Below, in pieces: positions 40,865-50,282 of a stretch of 64,000 nucleotides of DNA. The position numbers were made by a program, and so were the translations under genes. Under the pieces are notes generated by a model that ran no database searches, was not told the origin of the DNA, and saw nothing but the letters and a program-made list of their open reading frames with translations. How positions within the stretch are numbered: the first letter of the stretch is position 1; each line of letters begins with the position of its first letter. The stretch is from assembly GCA_965248445.1 (NCBI GenBank), contig CBDFJG010000002.1:416001-480000 (forward strand), written 5' to 3'. The DNA comes from Planctomycetota bacterium. GTDB lineage: Bacteria > Planctomycetota > JAJSAM01 > JAJVHW01.

Positions 40865-41718
40865 GCGATCACCAGGCAGAGCACGACGTGGCCACCATGT
40901 GTCGGGTCCTCGGCGTCTCGAGGAGCGGGTACTACGCATCGCGCGGCCGTGCGCCCTCGAAGAGAGATCGCGAGGACGCTGCCCTGACCGAGCGCGTCCG
41001 CGAGATCCACGAGCGCTCTCGCCAGACGTACGGATCACCGCGCATCCATGCCGAGCTGCGCTACGAGGGCCTCCACATCGGTAGGAAGCGCGTCGAGCGC
41101 CTCATGCGCCAGGCTGGGATCGAGGGCGTGAGCCGCCGCAAGAGAGCCAAGACCACGAAGCGCTCGCAGCGTCAGGCGCCGGCCGCCGACCTGGTCGATC
41201 GCGACTTCACGGCCGACGCACCCGATCAGCTCTGGGTGGCCGACATCACGTACGTGCCGACCTGGACGGGGTTCCTGTACCTGGCGGTCGTCCTCGACGT
41301 CTGGAGCCGCCGGATCGTCGGCTGGTCCATGGCCACGACGCTCCACACCAAGATCGTGCTGGACGCACTCGAGATGGCCGTGCGCCAGCGCCAGCCCCTC
41401 GGAGTCGTCCACCACTCCGACCAGGGCTGCCAGTACACGTCGCTCGCCTTCGGGCGGCGCTGCAGAGAAGCGGGCGTCAGGCCGTCCATGGGATCGGTCG
41501 CAGACGCCTACGACAACGCCATGTGCGAGAGCTTCTTCGCCACGCTCGAGACCGAGTTGATCGACCGCACCAGCTTTTCGACCAAGTCCGCAGCGCGGTT
41601 GGCGGTGTTCGACTTCATCGAGGGCTTCTACAATCCGCAGCGGCGACACTCCTCCATCGAGGACCTGTCGCCCATCGAGTTCGAGAGGCGGCGACGGCCG
41701 GAGGCCGCCGTATCATAG
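40861..41718 (+). CDS. IS3 transposase OrfB (DDE), likely fused to OrfA by -1 frameshift
   Basis: WVADITY, HHSDQGCQY, DNAMCESFF. Confidence 0.92.
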   Translation: MSDHQAEHDVATMCRVLGVSRSGYYASRGRAPSKRDREDAALTERVREIHERSRQTYGSPRIHAELRYEGLHIGRKRVERLMRQAGIEGVSRRKRAKTTKRSQRQAPAADLVDRDFTADAPDQLWVADITYVPTWTGFLYLAVVLDVWSRRIVGWSMATTLHTKIVLDALEMAVRQRQPLGVVHHSDQGCQYTSLAFGRRCREAGVRPSMGSVADAYDNAMCESFFATLETELIDRTSFSTKSAARLAVFDFIEGFYNPQRRHSSIEDLSPIEFERRRRPEAAVS

Positions 41719-41751
41719 TCCCCGGGTGTCCACCGAACCGGGGGAACTCCA

Positions 41752-42455
41752 GAGCAGCCCGGGTCTTTCGCGACTTTGCCTGGACCACGCTGGGGAGCTG
41801 GAGCCAGAGGCGTCGCGTGGTCGCCAAGGCCGAGCACCTGCCGGGCGGCAAGCGCAATCCCCGCTTCGTGGTGACCAATCTGCCGCCTCGTAGCTGGAGC
41901 AGCAAGCGTCTCTACGAGCAGCTCTACTGCGCCCGGGGCGAGGCGGAGAATCGCATCAAGGAGCAGCAGCTCGAGCTCTTCGGCACCCGTCTGTCGGTGC
42001 ACACGATGCAGGGCAACGCCGTGCGGATGGCCATGTCGGCCATGGCCTACGTCCTGACCTGTGCGCTGCGACGCATCGGTCTCGCCGGCACCGAGATGGC
42101 GCGTGCGCAAGCCGGCACGATCCGCCTGCGGCTGCTCAAGATCGGCGCGCTCGTGCGGATCACGACGCGCCGGATCTGGGTCTCGATGTCCTCGTCGTGG
42201 CCCTGGCAGCACGTCTTCGAGCGCTGCGCGCAACGACTGCTGGCATCCCCGAAGCCGACCTGACGTCCCGCCGCGCCGTCCGCCACACCACCGCCCGGCC
42301 TACGGTCTGCCCACACCGCAGAATCCGCGCCGTTTCGGCCGCTCACTCGCGTTGCCCTTGTGGCAACGACGACAGCATCCGCCCTCGCCTGGCCAAGATC
42401 TGACCCTGTGGACTCCGAAAGCACCGTCATCGCGACGTCTCGTGAACAGATGCGG
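41752..42455 (+). mobile_element. IS1380-family remnant: transposase C-terminus (to 42263) and right end
   Basis: RRVVAKAEH, NPRFVVTNL, YCARGEAENRIKE, TIRLRLLKIGA; ends at gatgcgg followed by CTAG. Confidence 0.85.
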
Positions 42456-42839
42456 CTAGTTGGCGTCGTTAGTCAAGGTAACCCCGCCGAACCCAGACTC
42501 GCTCCGAGCTACCGTTCCTTCTTCGGTGGCAGCCCTCGGCGGCAGCCCCCGTCCTTTCCGGATCGCGTTCACGCGTGCGAGCCACTGCTCGGGCGTCAGT
42601 CCGGCCCAGGAGCTCTTGCGGGGCTTCTTCGACTTCGTCCGTGGCTTGGCAGCCTTGCGCGCCGCCTTGGGCTTCCTCGGAGTCGGCTTCCGGCGCTTCG
42701 TCGCCTCGCCGCTCACGAGGGAGCGTACATCCGCGAGCGCCTCTTCGCGGCCCTCCTTGCGTGCGGTCTCGGCCAGTCGCGCGAGTCGGTTACTCAGGTC
42801 GGCAAGAAGGGCGTCGGTGGTATTGGCGGTTCGCGGCAT
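42456..42839 (-). CDS. Small basic protein, possible nucleoid-associated/DNA-binding protein
   Basis: GGAGG SD; N-terminal amphipathic helix, K/R/P-rich linker, WAGLTPEQW C-terminal motif. Confidence 0.65.
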   Translation of the reverse strand: MPRTANTTDALLADLSNRLARLAETARKEGREEALADVRSLVSGEATKRRKPTPRKPKAARKAAKPRTKSKKPRKSSWAGLTPEQWLARVNAIRKGRGLPPRAATEEGTVARSESGFGGVTLTNDAN

Positions 42840-42988
42840 GTGGTTCGTTCCTCCGGGGCACCAGGCTTGAGTCGGCCCGGCCCATGTCCCATGTGAAGTC
42901 GCGCATCGTACTGTCTGGTGCCGCTGCCTTGAACGACTCTCCGGAGCCCTCGACGCTCAAGATCAGAGCGCAACCCCGGAGGGGGCTC

Positions 42989-43062
42989 ATGGCGGTGCTG
43001 ACGGTCCAGCAGATCTCGCGCGCGGGGATTGACCCGGCGCTTGACCCCACGGCGGCGGGGGG
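42989..43062 (+). pseudogene. 5' fragment of a gene cut by IS66; resembles the start of small phage-type proteins
   Basis: GGAGGGG SD; MAVLTVQQISRAGIDPALDPTAAGG, then IS66 sequence. Confidence 0.45.
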
Positions 43063-44557
43063 CGTTCACCCCTTGACAGCGTGTGAGCCTCAGCGTGCGA
43101 CGGGCAGCGGGACCATGACGGGCGGGTCGGCGCCGGTGAGGTGCGCGGCGACCGAGTCGGCGAGGAAGTCGAAGACTTGGTCGCCACGGCGTCGCAGCGT
43201 GGCCGCGGCGGTCAACACGCGCTCGGCGAAGCGGAGTCCGCGAGCGGACTGGCTTCCGAAGGAGCCCTTGCGCCAGAGCACCGCTTTGCGGACCGCGCGC
43301 TCGGCGGCGTTGTTCGTCGGACTCACGTCCTGGGTCCGCGCATAGGTGAAGAGGGCGACCACGCGGGGGCGCAGATGGTTGGCCAGAGCCGAGTCGTCGT
43401 TCGCGATCAGTCGCTCGAGCCGTCCGCGCAGCACAGCGGCTTCGCCTTGCAGCCGGTCACGGTCGCCGTGCTCACCGAAGAGCCGGTAGCTGCGCATGAC
43501 CGACTGCGCGATCATGACGCCCTTGTTGCCGAAGCGGCGATGTCCTCGCGGGCCTTCGGCCAGCGCACGGAAGGCGCGCTCGATGTGCGCCCAGCAGAGC
43601 TGGCGGCGGGCAAGTGGGTGTGACTCGTAGGCACCCATCCGGTCGCTGATCACCGTGCCACCGAAGCGCCGCCCGATCAGCCGCCCTTTCGCCTTGGCAC
43701 TGCGGCGGCGATCGATCCCGAAGGCTGTGGCGTGCTCGCTCTCCGCCGCCCACAGCCAGCACACCCGGCCCCGTTCCTTCCACGACGTCTCGTCCACGTT
43801 GGCTCGCAGCGACGTGCGGACTGCCCCGAGGGCTTCGAGGTACGACGAGTGCAGAGCGTCACTGAGCCGACGCTCACAGTCGCTGATCTTGCCCAGCGAC
43901 ATCTTCACACCGAAGATCTCACCGAGCAGCCGCTGCGTCTCCCGCACGCTCACGCGGTACACGCCGCGCAGCGCGCCGGCAAGTGTGGTCAGCCGCGGAC
44001 CGAAGGCCCCGGTCGGCACGCCATCGGGCAGGACCGCCGTCGTGACCGCACGACAGCGCCGGCACCGCGCCTTGTGCAGCCGGTGCTCCCGCACCGTGAC
44101 GAGCACGCGCGGGAGCACCGTCACCTGGTGCCGGTACGGATCGCCGATGCCCTGCTCGAGATCGTCGTGTCCGCACGCGTCGCAGAGGTCGGGACGGTGC
44201 TCCTTGGTCTCATCGACGTTGGACGGATCCACCAGCTCGCGCGCCGTGCCCTCATGGCCCGGCTGTCCGCCCTGCTTGCGACCGCTACGCGGCCTTCGGC
44301 CGCGACGGCGCTTGGACCACGCCGGGTCCGACGACGGAGGCCTCGAGCTGTTGCGGGAGTCACGCTTCAGACGCGACTCGAGCTCGTCGATGCGGCGCAG
44401 ATGCTTCGCTTCGCGACGCTCCAGCTCCTCGATCCAGGCCAGAAGGCCCTCGACCATCGCCCGCAGATCCTCGTCCTGCCGCTCGCCCACAACATCTTGA
44501 TCGACCGATGGCCGAACGATCTGGATCCTGGCTCGCGACGAAGGGGTGAACGGTTAC
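43063..44557 (-). mobile_element. IS66-family element copy 2, one TIR missing its outer GTAAC
   Basis: Near-identical to 31355-32854; begins cgttcacccctt, preceded by ggggg. Confidence 0.92.
43090..44490 (-). CDS. tnpC: IS66 transposase
   Basis: 466 aa; differs from copy 1 at KDH/KEH and PREH/PRGH. Confidence 0.93.
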   Translation of the reverse strand: MGERQDEDLRAMVEGLLAWIEELERREAKHLRRIDELESRLKRDSRNSSRPPSSDPAWSKRRRGRRPRSGRKQGGQPGHEGTARELVDPSNVDETKEHRPDLCDACGHDDLEQGIGDPYRHQVTVLPRVLVTVREHRLHKARCRRCRAVTTAVLPDGVPTGAFGPRLTTLAGALRGVYRVSVRETQRLLGEIFGVKMSLGKISDCERRLSDALHSSYLEALGAVRTSLRANVDETSWKERGRVCWLWAAESEHATAFGIDRRRSAKAKGRLIGRRFGGTVISDRMGAYESHPLARRQLCWAHIERAFRALAEGPRGHRRFGNKGVMIAQSVMRSYRLFGEHGDRDRLQGEAAVLRGRLERLIANDDSALANHLRPRVVALFTYARTQDVSPTNNAAERAVRKAVLWRKGSFGSQSARGLRFAERVLTAAATLRRRGDQVFDFLADSVAAHLTGADPPVMVPLPVAR

Positions 44558-44591
44558 GGACGACGCGGGGCCGGTCGGCGTCACATGGGAG

Positions 44592-45299
44592 TCAGGAGGG
44601 GCTCGGACGCCCCTGGACGAGACGCCGTCCGACCAGACGTCCGCCAACCAGACGAATGATGCGCTGCGTCCAGTCGAGAACGACGGGGTCGTGCGAGGAC
44701 ACGATCACGGTGCAACCGGACTGGTGCAGGTCGGAGAACGTCGCCAGGACCGCCGCAGCGGAGTCGGCATCGAGCGACGACGTCGGCTCGTCGGCCACCA
44801 GCAGCCGCGGTGCGAGCAACAACGCGCGCGCCACGGCGACCCGCTGCCGCTCCCCCGAACTCAATTCCACCGGCCGGCGCAGCGCGAGGTCCGCAATGCC
44901 GACGCGGTCGAGCGCGGCCGTCGCCCGCTCGAATCGCTCGCGGGGCGGCACGCCGAGCGGCACCAGGGCATACGCGACGTTCTCCCAGACCGGCAGGCGA
45001 CGAATGACGGCAGTGTTCTGGAACACGACGCCCGTTGCGCGCGCCAGCTCCGTCCGCGCCCGGCTGCCGAGACTCCCGAGATCGACGCCGTCCCACCTGA
45101 CGCGGCCGCGGGTCGGATGATCGAGTCCGGCCAAGAGCGCAACCAGTGTCGTCTTTCCGGAACCCGAGGGACCGGAGAGACCGACGAACTCACCCGGCCG
45201 GATGTCCGCATTGACGCCTTCGACAGCGATCAGACCGTCTCCGCGACGCGTGCGCAGGCGCTTCGTGAGGTCGTCTGCTTGCACGTGCAGGCCGTTCAT
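44592..45299 (-). CDS. ABC transporter ATP-binding protein (LolD/MacB-like)
   Basis: GPSGSGKT, LSSGERQRVAVARA, DEPTSSLD, SHD; ATGA overlap with the permease. Confidence 0.92.
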   Translation of the reverse strand: MNGLHVQADDLTKRLRTRRGDGLIAVEGVNADIRPGEFVGLSGPSGSGKTTLVALLAGLDHPTRGRVRWDGVDLGSLGSRARTELARATGVVFQNTAVIRRLPVWENVAYALVPLGVPPRERFERATAALDRVGIADLALRRPVELSSGERQRVAVARALLLAPRLLVADEPTSSLDADSAAAVLATFSDLHQSGCTVIVSSHDPVVLDWTQRIIRLVGGRLVGRRLVQGRPSPS

Positions 45300-46516
45300 C
45301 GCATCGCCCTCGCAGCGGGGGCCGATGCAGCGCGCCACGTGGAGTGCAGCGTCCCCACGCCCACCAGGACAGCCGAGAGGATGCAGCCCAGCAGGACGGG
45401 TTCCGGAGTCAGTCGCCAGGGGACACGGAACCCGGGAATTCGATCCGCGCCGGGCAGCAGGACCGGCGCGATGCCCGCGCCGGAGAACAGGTCGAGCCAC
45501 ACGTACGCCGCCAACACGGCGATCGATGCTCCGGCGACCGCGAGGAGAACGCTCTCGACGAACGCGCGGAACAGAAGGGCGTCGGCGCTCCATCCGATCG
45601 CGCGCAGAAGCCCGGCCTCGCGCCGCCGGCCGACGAGCCCCGCCCCCGACGTCACGAGAATCAGCGGGATGCCTACGGCGAACGCGAGGATGAACGGCAA
45701 CTGGAAGAGCGTCTCGCGATCGAGCGAGCGTCGCAGCAGAGCAGCCTGCACGTCATCGCGCGTGCTGACGCGAGCGCGCAGCGCGACCGGCGATGCGGCC
45801 GCTCCGAGTGTGTCGAGCGTCCGGATCCGCCCGGCGATCGCGTCCCGCATCCGCGGCGGACACGTGACGAGCAGCGATGTCACGGTGTCGCCCTCGTCGA
45901 ACACGTTCTGCGCGCTGTCCAAAGAGGTCAGGACGACGTGTGCCTGCCACAACGGAGCGTCGGACGTGAAGACGCCAACCACGCGCGACACTCGCTCCCC
46001 CGCCCGGCTCCGGTAGAACGGCGGGACCGCGTCGCCGACGCGCAGACCGAGTCGCCGGGCCAGTTCGCTGCCGATGACGAGTTCGTTGCGGGACCCGGGC
46101 GCGAACAGCCGGCCCTCGACGCATTCGAGCGTCTCGGGGACGGCGTGTGCCGGCAGGCCGACGACGACCGCGCTCTCCTTCTTCACACCGAGTCGCGCCT
46201 CGCCGACGATGCGCGGGATCACCGCCGTGACGCCGGGCACGCCGCCGACGACCTCGGCCGCCGATCCCGGCAACGGCACCGTGCGACCGAAGCGCGTGGC
46301 CGTCACGAAGAGGTCGGGACCCTCCTGCACCGAGAGGTCGATCTCGTCGCGCAGTCCGTTCGACACGGCCGTGCCCACCAGGTACGGGAGCACGATGGTC
46401 ACGACACAGGCCACCGTGACGGCGCTCCGCAGCGGGTGCAGACTGACGGCTCCGGCGGCCGAGCGGACCAGCTCCACCAGAACGCGAATCGAGCCCCTAC
46501 TCGGTTCGGCGGGCAT
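45296..46516 (-). CDS. FtsX-like/MacB-type ABC permease
   Basis: TM, periplasmic domain (EGRLF, VIGSELARRLGLRVGD), RRREAGLLRAIGW, three C-terminal TMs. Confidence 0.9.
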   Translation of the reverse strand: MPAEPSRGSIRVLVELVRSAAGAVSLHPLRSAVTVACVVTIVLPYLVGTAVSNGLRDEIDLSVQEGPDLFVTATRFGRTVPLPGSAAEVVGGVPGVTAVIPRIVGEARLGVKKESAVVVGLPAHAVPETLECVEGRLFAPGSRNELVIGSELARRLGLRVGDAVPPFYRSRAGERVSRVVGVFTSDAPLWQAHVVLTSLDSAQNVFDEGDTVTSLLVTCPPRMRDAIAGRIRTLDTLGAAASPVALRARVSTRDDVQAALLRRSLDRETLFQLPFILAFAVGIPLILVTSGAGLVGRRREAGLLRAIGWSADALLFRAFVESVLLAVAGASIAVLAAYVWLDLFSGAGIAPVLLPGADRIPGFRVPWRLTPEPVLLGCILSAVLVGVGTLHSTWRAASAPAARAMR

Positions 46517-46517
46517 C

Positions 46518-46814
46518 TCAGCGATCAGCCGCGCGCGGGAGAACGTGGTCCGGGCAGATCGTCCCGGGACCCGGGAACGGACCGTGACGCAGGTCGCAAG
46601 CCGGGCCGAGACGCGCGTCGAACGCCGTAGTGCAGCGCGACAGGGTCACCGACTGCCCGAGCCCGAGACCTCCAACGGTCGACTGGAAGTCACGGGACGA
46701 CTCGGTCCCTCCCCGCGCCGAGAGCGCGACCGCGACCGACGCGGACACCGCGAGGGCGAGCACGAGCAACAGGATGCGCTCACCCGGTTTCCATCGTTCG
46801 AACGACGGCGTCAC
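46518..46814 (-). CDS. Small membrane-anchored protein with three Cys
   Basis: GTGA overlap; TM then FQ..VGGLGLG...CTTAFDARL..AC...PGPGTICPDH. Confidence 0.75.
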   Translation of the reverse strand: MTPSFERWKPGERILLLVLALAVSASVAVALSARGGTESSRDFQSTVGGLGLGQSVTLSRCTTAFDARLGPACDLRHGPFPGPGTICPDHVLPRAADR

Positions 46815-48712
46815 TCCGCCGCCTCTAGCACCTCGTGCAGCCGATCGATTGCCGGCACGACGAAGGTCTGCGTCGCGCCGCTGGGCCACCGGATCCGGCA
46901 ATCGTCGATGCTGTCCGCCGCACCGAGGCCGAAGTGCACCGTCAGCGTGCTCTGTCCGAGGTATCCGCTCGCGCCGGTCACCTGACGCACCTGCGTGCTG
47001 CCCCCGACAGTGACCGTCACGACGGCCCCGATCGCGTCGCGGTTGCTCGTGGTGCCGCGCAGACGCAGCGCGAGCCAGTGGCGCTCGGGGAACTGGTTTC
47101 GATAGAGGTACGGACGCTCGTTGAAGTTGTTCACAACCAGATCCGGCCGACCGTCCACGTCGAAGTCGATCACGGCAGCGCTGCGGGAACTCCGTGCCGC
47201 CGGCTCGTTGCCGATCTTCTCCAGCAGGTACGGGCCGCCCGGCCGCGGCGAGATGCCCTCCTCTTGGTGTCGGTGCGCGAACGTCCCGTCGCCACTGTTC
47301 ATGAGCAGATCGTTGTGCCAGGCGCCGTACGGGTATCCCATGCCGTTCGCCACGAAGGCGTCCTCGTGTCCGTCGAGGTCGTAGTCGGCGGTTGCGATAC
47401 CCCACGGCCAGAGCGTCTCGACGCCCGCGCGGTCGGAGGCCTCCTCGAACTGTCCACTCCCCAGATTGGTGAAGAGCGTGTTGCCGAACAGCACGGACGC
47501 GAGGTCGTCGTCGTCCATGATCAGCAAACGCTCCCGGAACGCCTGGGCGTCCCCCGCGGACATCGAGCCGTCCTCGACCAGCGGGCCCTCAGGGCCGCCG
47601 TACTTGCGCGCCTCCTCGAGCTTGCCCGGCAGCGAGTCGCTCGCCATCCACATGTCGGAGTGCATGTCGACGATCAACAGGTCGAGCAATCCGTCGGAGT
47701 TGTGGTCGAGCACGCGGCAGCCCACAGCGCCCCACGACGTGCGGCCGAGCACGCTCCTCGTGACGTCCGTGAACCGCTTTCCCTCGTCGTTTCGGTAGAG
47801 CGTGCTCGCTCCGAACATGTTCGTCACGAACAGGTCGGGGTCGCCGTCGGCGTCGAAGTCGAACACCGCCACATCGCCGCCCCAGCCGTCCCCCGCGACA
47901 CCGGTCGTTGCCGTCACGTCGGTGAACGTCCCGTCTCCGTCGTTGCGGTAGAAGATGTTCGGTTCGCGCGGACTCCCCACCAGGTCCTGCAATGTGCCTG
48001 GGCCGATGTGGTAACGACCTTCGGGGTCTTCCTGATCGAGAGTCCAGGCAGCCGTGTTCGTGACGAAGAGGTCGAGAAACCCGTCGCCGTCGTAATCGAA
48101 GAAGGTCACTCCCTGCGTGTGACCGACGTGCGACACGCCGGCTGCCGCCGTCACGTCCTCGAAGCGGCCTGTGCCGTCGTTGCGGTAGAGGACGTTCCCG
48201 CCCCGAGTGGAAGCGACGAATAGGTCCTGATCGCCGTCGTTGTCCATATCGGCGAATGATGCGGACGTGCAGATGCGGTCGGCGAGCGCAACACCGGCTC
48301 GCTCGGTGACGTCCTTGAAGGTGCCGTCACCCTGGTTCGTGAACAGGGCGTTCGCGCCGAGTTGGTTCAGGAAGTAGATGTCGTCGAAGCCGTCACCATC
48401 CGCGTCTCCGACGATCACCCCGGCGCCGTGGTCGTAGAGGTTGATCTTGAACAGCTCTCCCTGCTCCCCCGGCAGGAACGACATGTGGAAGTCGAGCCCG
48501 GCTGCCTCCGACACTTCGACAAACCCGGGTTCCCGGTCGCCGGGCGCCGGCGTCGCCGCGTCGTCGTCAGGACTGCATCCGGCCGTCAGTGCGCAGGCCA
48601 GGAGCGTGCTCGCCACCGCCCAGCCCGCCGCGACCGCCACGCGGCTCCTCCGCGGCCGGAATCCGCCGTCCTCCATCTGCCACACCCTCCCGCCATATCT
48701 CCCGGGGGTCAC
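46811..48712 (-). CDS. CRTAC1/ASPIC-UnbV family FG-GAP lipoprotein (paralog 2)
   Basis: Lipobox LTAGC; DxDxDG repeats; SNRDAIGA...GYLGQS..VHFGLG. Confidence 0.9.
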   Translation of the reverse strand: MTPGRYGGRVWQMEDGGFRPRRSRVAVAAGWAVASTLLACALTAGCSPDDDAATPAPGDREPGFVEVSEAAGLDFHMSFLPGEQGELFKINLYDHGAGVIVGDADGDGFDDIYFLNQLGANALFTNQGDGTFKDVTERAGVALADRICTSASFADMDNDGDQDLFVASTRGGNVLYRNDGTGRFEDVTAAAGVSHVGHTQGVTFFDYDGDGFLDLFVTNTAAWTLDQEDPEGRYHIGPGTLQDLVGSPREPNIFYRNDGDGTFTDVTATTGVAGDGWGGDVAVFDFDADGDPDLFVTNMFGASTLYRNDEGKRFTDVTRSVLGRTSWGAVGCRVLDHNSDGLLDLLIVDMHSDMWMASDSLPGKLEEARKYGGPEGPLVEDGSMSAGDAQAFRERLLIMDDDDLASVLFGNTLFTNLGSGQFEEASDRAGVETLWPWGIATADYDLDGHEDAFVANGMGYPYGAWHNDLLMNSGDGTFAHRHQEEGISPRPGGPYLLEKIGNEPAARSSRSAAVIDFDVDGRPDLVVNNFNERPYLYRNQFPERHWLALRLRGTTSNRDAIGAVVTVTVGGSTQVRQVTGASGYLGQSTLTVHFGLGAADSIDDCRIRWPSGATQTFVVPAIDRLHEVLEAAE

Positions 48713-49158
48713 TGCGTCCGGAATGGCCGCGCCTCGCCCGTGAGCACTCTACCGCGGTAGGCGTCTGCGTGCTGTTCCGCCGCCGCCCGATCGGCGAACG
48801 CATGCACCCGGTCACCCGTGGCGGGCTGCGCCAGGATGCGGCTCTGCACGAAGAACGCCTGCCCGGCGTTCACCAGGGCCCCGGACACCGCGTCGGTCAC
48901 CAGGATCCGCTCCGCCTTGTCGCCGGTGGCGTCGAGCCACTCCTCGGCGCACCGTACGCAACAGAACACGTGCGGTGTCCCGTCGGCCGTGACCAGACGC
49001 ACGCGCGGCGCCTCCACGAGTGTGACGCCGTCGGTCTGGCAGCGGTCCCCCCTGGCGCCGCGGAGCAGGGTGCCTGCCACGGGGAGCAGCGCACTCACGG
49101 CGACGACCGCCAACAGCACGAGGGTCGTGCGAAACGCCGTGCTCACGCGACCCACCAA
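48709..49158 (-). CDS. NosL-like protein
   Basis: N-terminal TM; RCQTDG, FCCVRC, VTDAVSG, AFFV, AFADRAAAE..A..Y.G. Confidence 0.75.
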   Translation of the reverse strand: MVGRVSTAFRTTLVLLAVVAVSALLPVAGTLLRGARGDRCQTDGVTLVEAPRVRLVTADGTPHVFCCVRCAEEWLDATGDKAERILVTDAVSGALVNAGQAFFVQSRILAQPATGDRVHAFADRAAAEQHADAYRGRVLTGEARPFRTQ

Positions 49159-50144
49159 CTCGTCAGGAACAGGGTCACGGCGCCGAGAGTGGCGCCGAGC
49201 GCGTAGTGGTCGAGACGAAGGCTCAACCGTTCCATGTCGCCCATGGCCGGTCCGTCGAGCCAGCGGGCTGATCCTCGCCAGGCCGTCGCGAACAGCGGCG
49301 TCGCGAGCAGCGCGAGACCGAACGTGGACTCCGGTGCATCACTGCCCAGACACGGGATACACCGGTGCAACGGAAGACCTGAGACCGCAGGTGAGACCAC
49401 GTCGTGCACGAACACGAGCCCCGTCGCGAGGAACGCAACTGACAGGCCGATCCGGATGACGTGCGCAGGCGTGCCGATCTCCACGCGGCGCCAGACCGCA
49501 AAACAGGCGCAGAGCAGCGCTGCGACCGCGGCGAACGGCAACGCGCGCACCACCGCGCTCCCGCTCGAGAGCGGTGTCTGCGCGTCCACACCGACGGTGG
49601 CGCTCGACGTTGTGCAGCATCCCGCCGCGAGGAACTGTCCCGTCTTCGGGATCACCACGTAGGCAATCTCCGCGCCCGCGCAGGTAATCGCTGCGGCCGC
49701 GGTCGCGAAGAGAACGGTAGCTCGCACCCCTGTCAGCGCAGCGCCCGGCCGCTCTCGCGCCGCCGTGTGCAAGACAACGGCCAGCCCCGCCACGAACAGG
49801 AAACCGACGTGCAGCCAGCTCGTCGCGTCCGCGAGCGCGGGCAGCCACCCGGTGGCGCCGGTGCTTCCCGTGCCGACCCGCAGGACGCCGGTGATGCACT
49901 GGACCCCGTCCCACTGAGGCACGTAGCTCTGCAGCAACAGGCCCCAGAGCAGCAGAGACGCGAGCGCCACCCCACCGAGCACCACCACGAGCAGGAGCGC
50001 CAACTGCCGGAGTGACTCGGAGCCGTCCCCGCACGCGCGATCCGAGCGGAGCGCCCGCCGCGTGACTCCCGCCAGCACGGCGCCCGTGACGATCTCGATC
50101 ACGGCGACCAGGACGACCAGGATGGCTACGGCGTTGACGATCAT
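49143..50144 (-). CDS. Multi-pass membrane protein with Cys motifs
   Basis: About 8 TM segments; GVQCITGV, AGCCTT, HRCIPCL. Confidence 0.8.
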   Translation of the reverse strand: MIVNAVAILVVLVAVIEIVTGAVLAGVTRRALRSDRACGDGSESLRQLALLLVVVLGGVALASLLLWGLLLQSYVPQWDGVQCITGVLRVGTGSTGATGWLPALADATSWLHVGFLFVAGLAVVLHTAARERPGAALTGVRATVLFATAAAAITCAGAEIAYVVIPKTGQFLAAGCCTTSSATVGVDAQTPLSSGSAVVRALPFAAVAALLCACFAVWRRVEIGTPAHVIRIGLSVAFLATGLVFVHDVVSPAVSGLPLHRCIPCLGSDAPESTFGLALLATPLFATAWRGSARWLDGPAMGDMERLSLRLDHYALGATLGAVTLFLTSWWVA

Positions 50145-50282
50145 GTGCTCGCTCGCTCACTCCCGTCGTGTGCGCGGCAAGGAGGCCGGTTCACCCTCCC
50201 ACGGCGCCACGGCGCTCCGTCAGGGCTTTCGACGCACGGACTGAACGCGGGGTTTCCTCGATGGGCTGCGGCCACCTCGGCG

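Larger units (their letters stand above)
40495..41751 (+). mobile_element. IS3-family element (1257 bp)
   Basis: TIRs tggagttcccccggttcggtggacacccg / cgggtgtccaccgaaccgggggaactcca; AAAAAAG slippery site at 40799-40805. Confidence 0.95.

Noticed and set aside
31355..44557. Composite transposon formed by the two IS66 copies
   Set aside because: The outer flanks are not duplicated, one inner end is damaged, and the enclosed DNA includes core-like genes and selC
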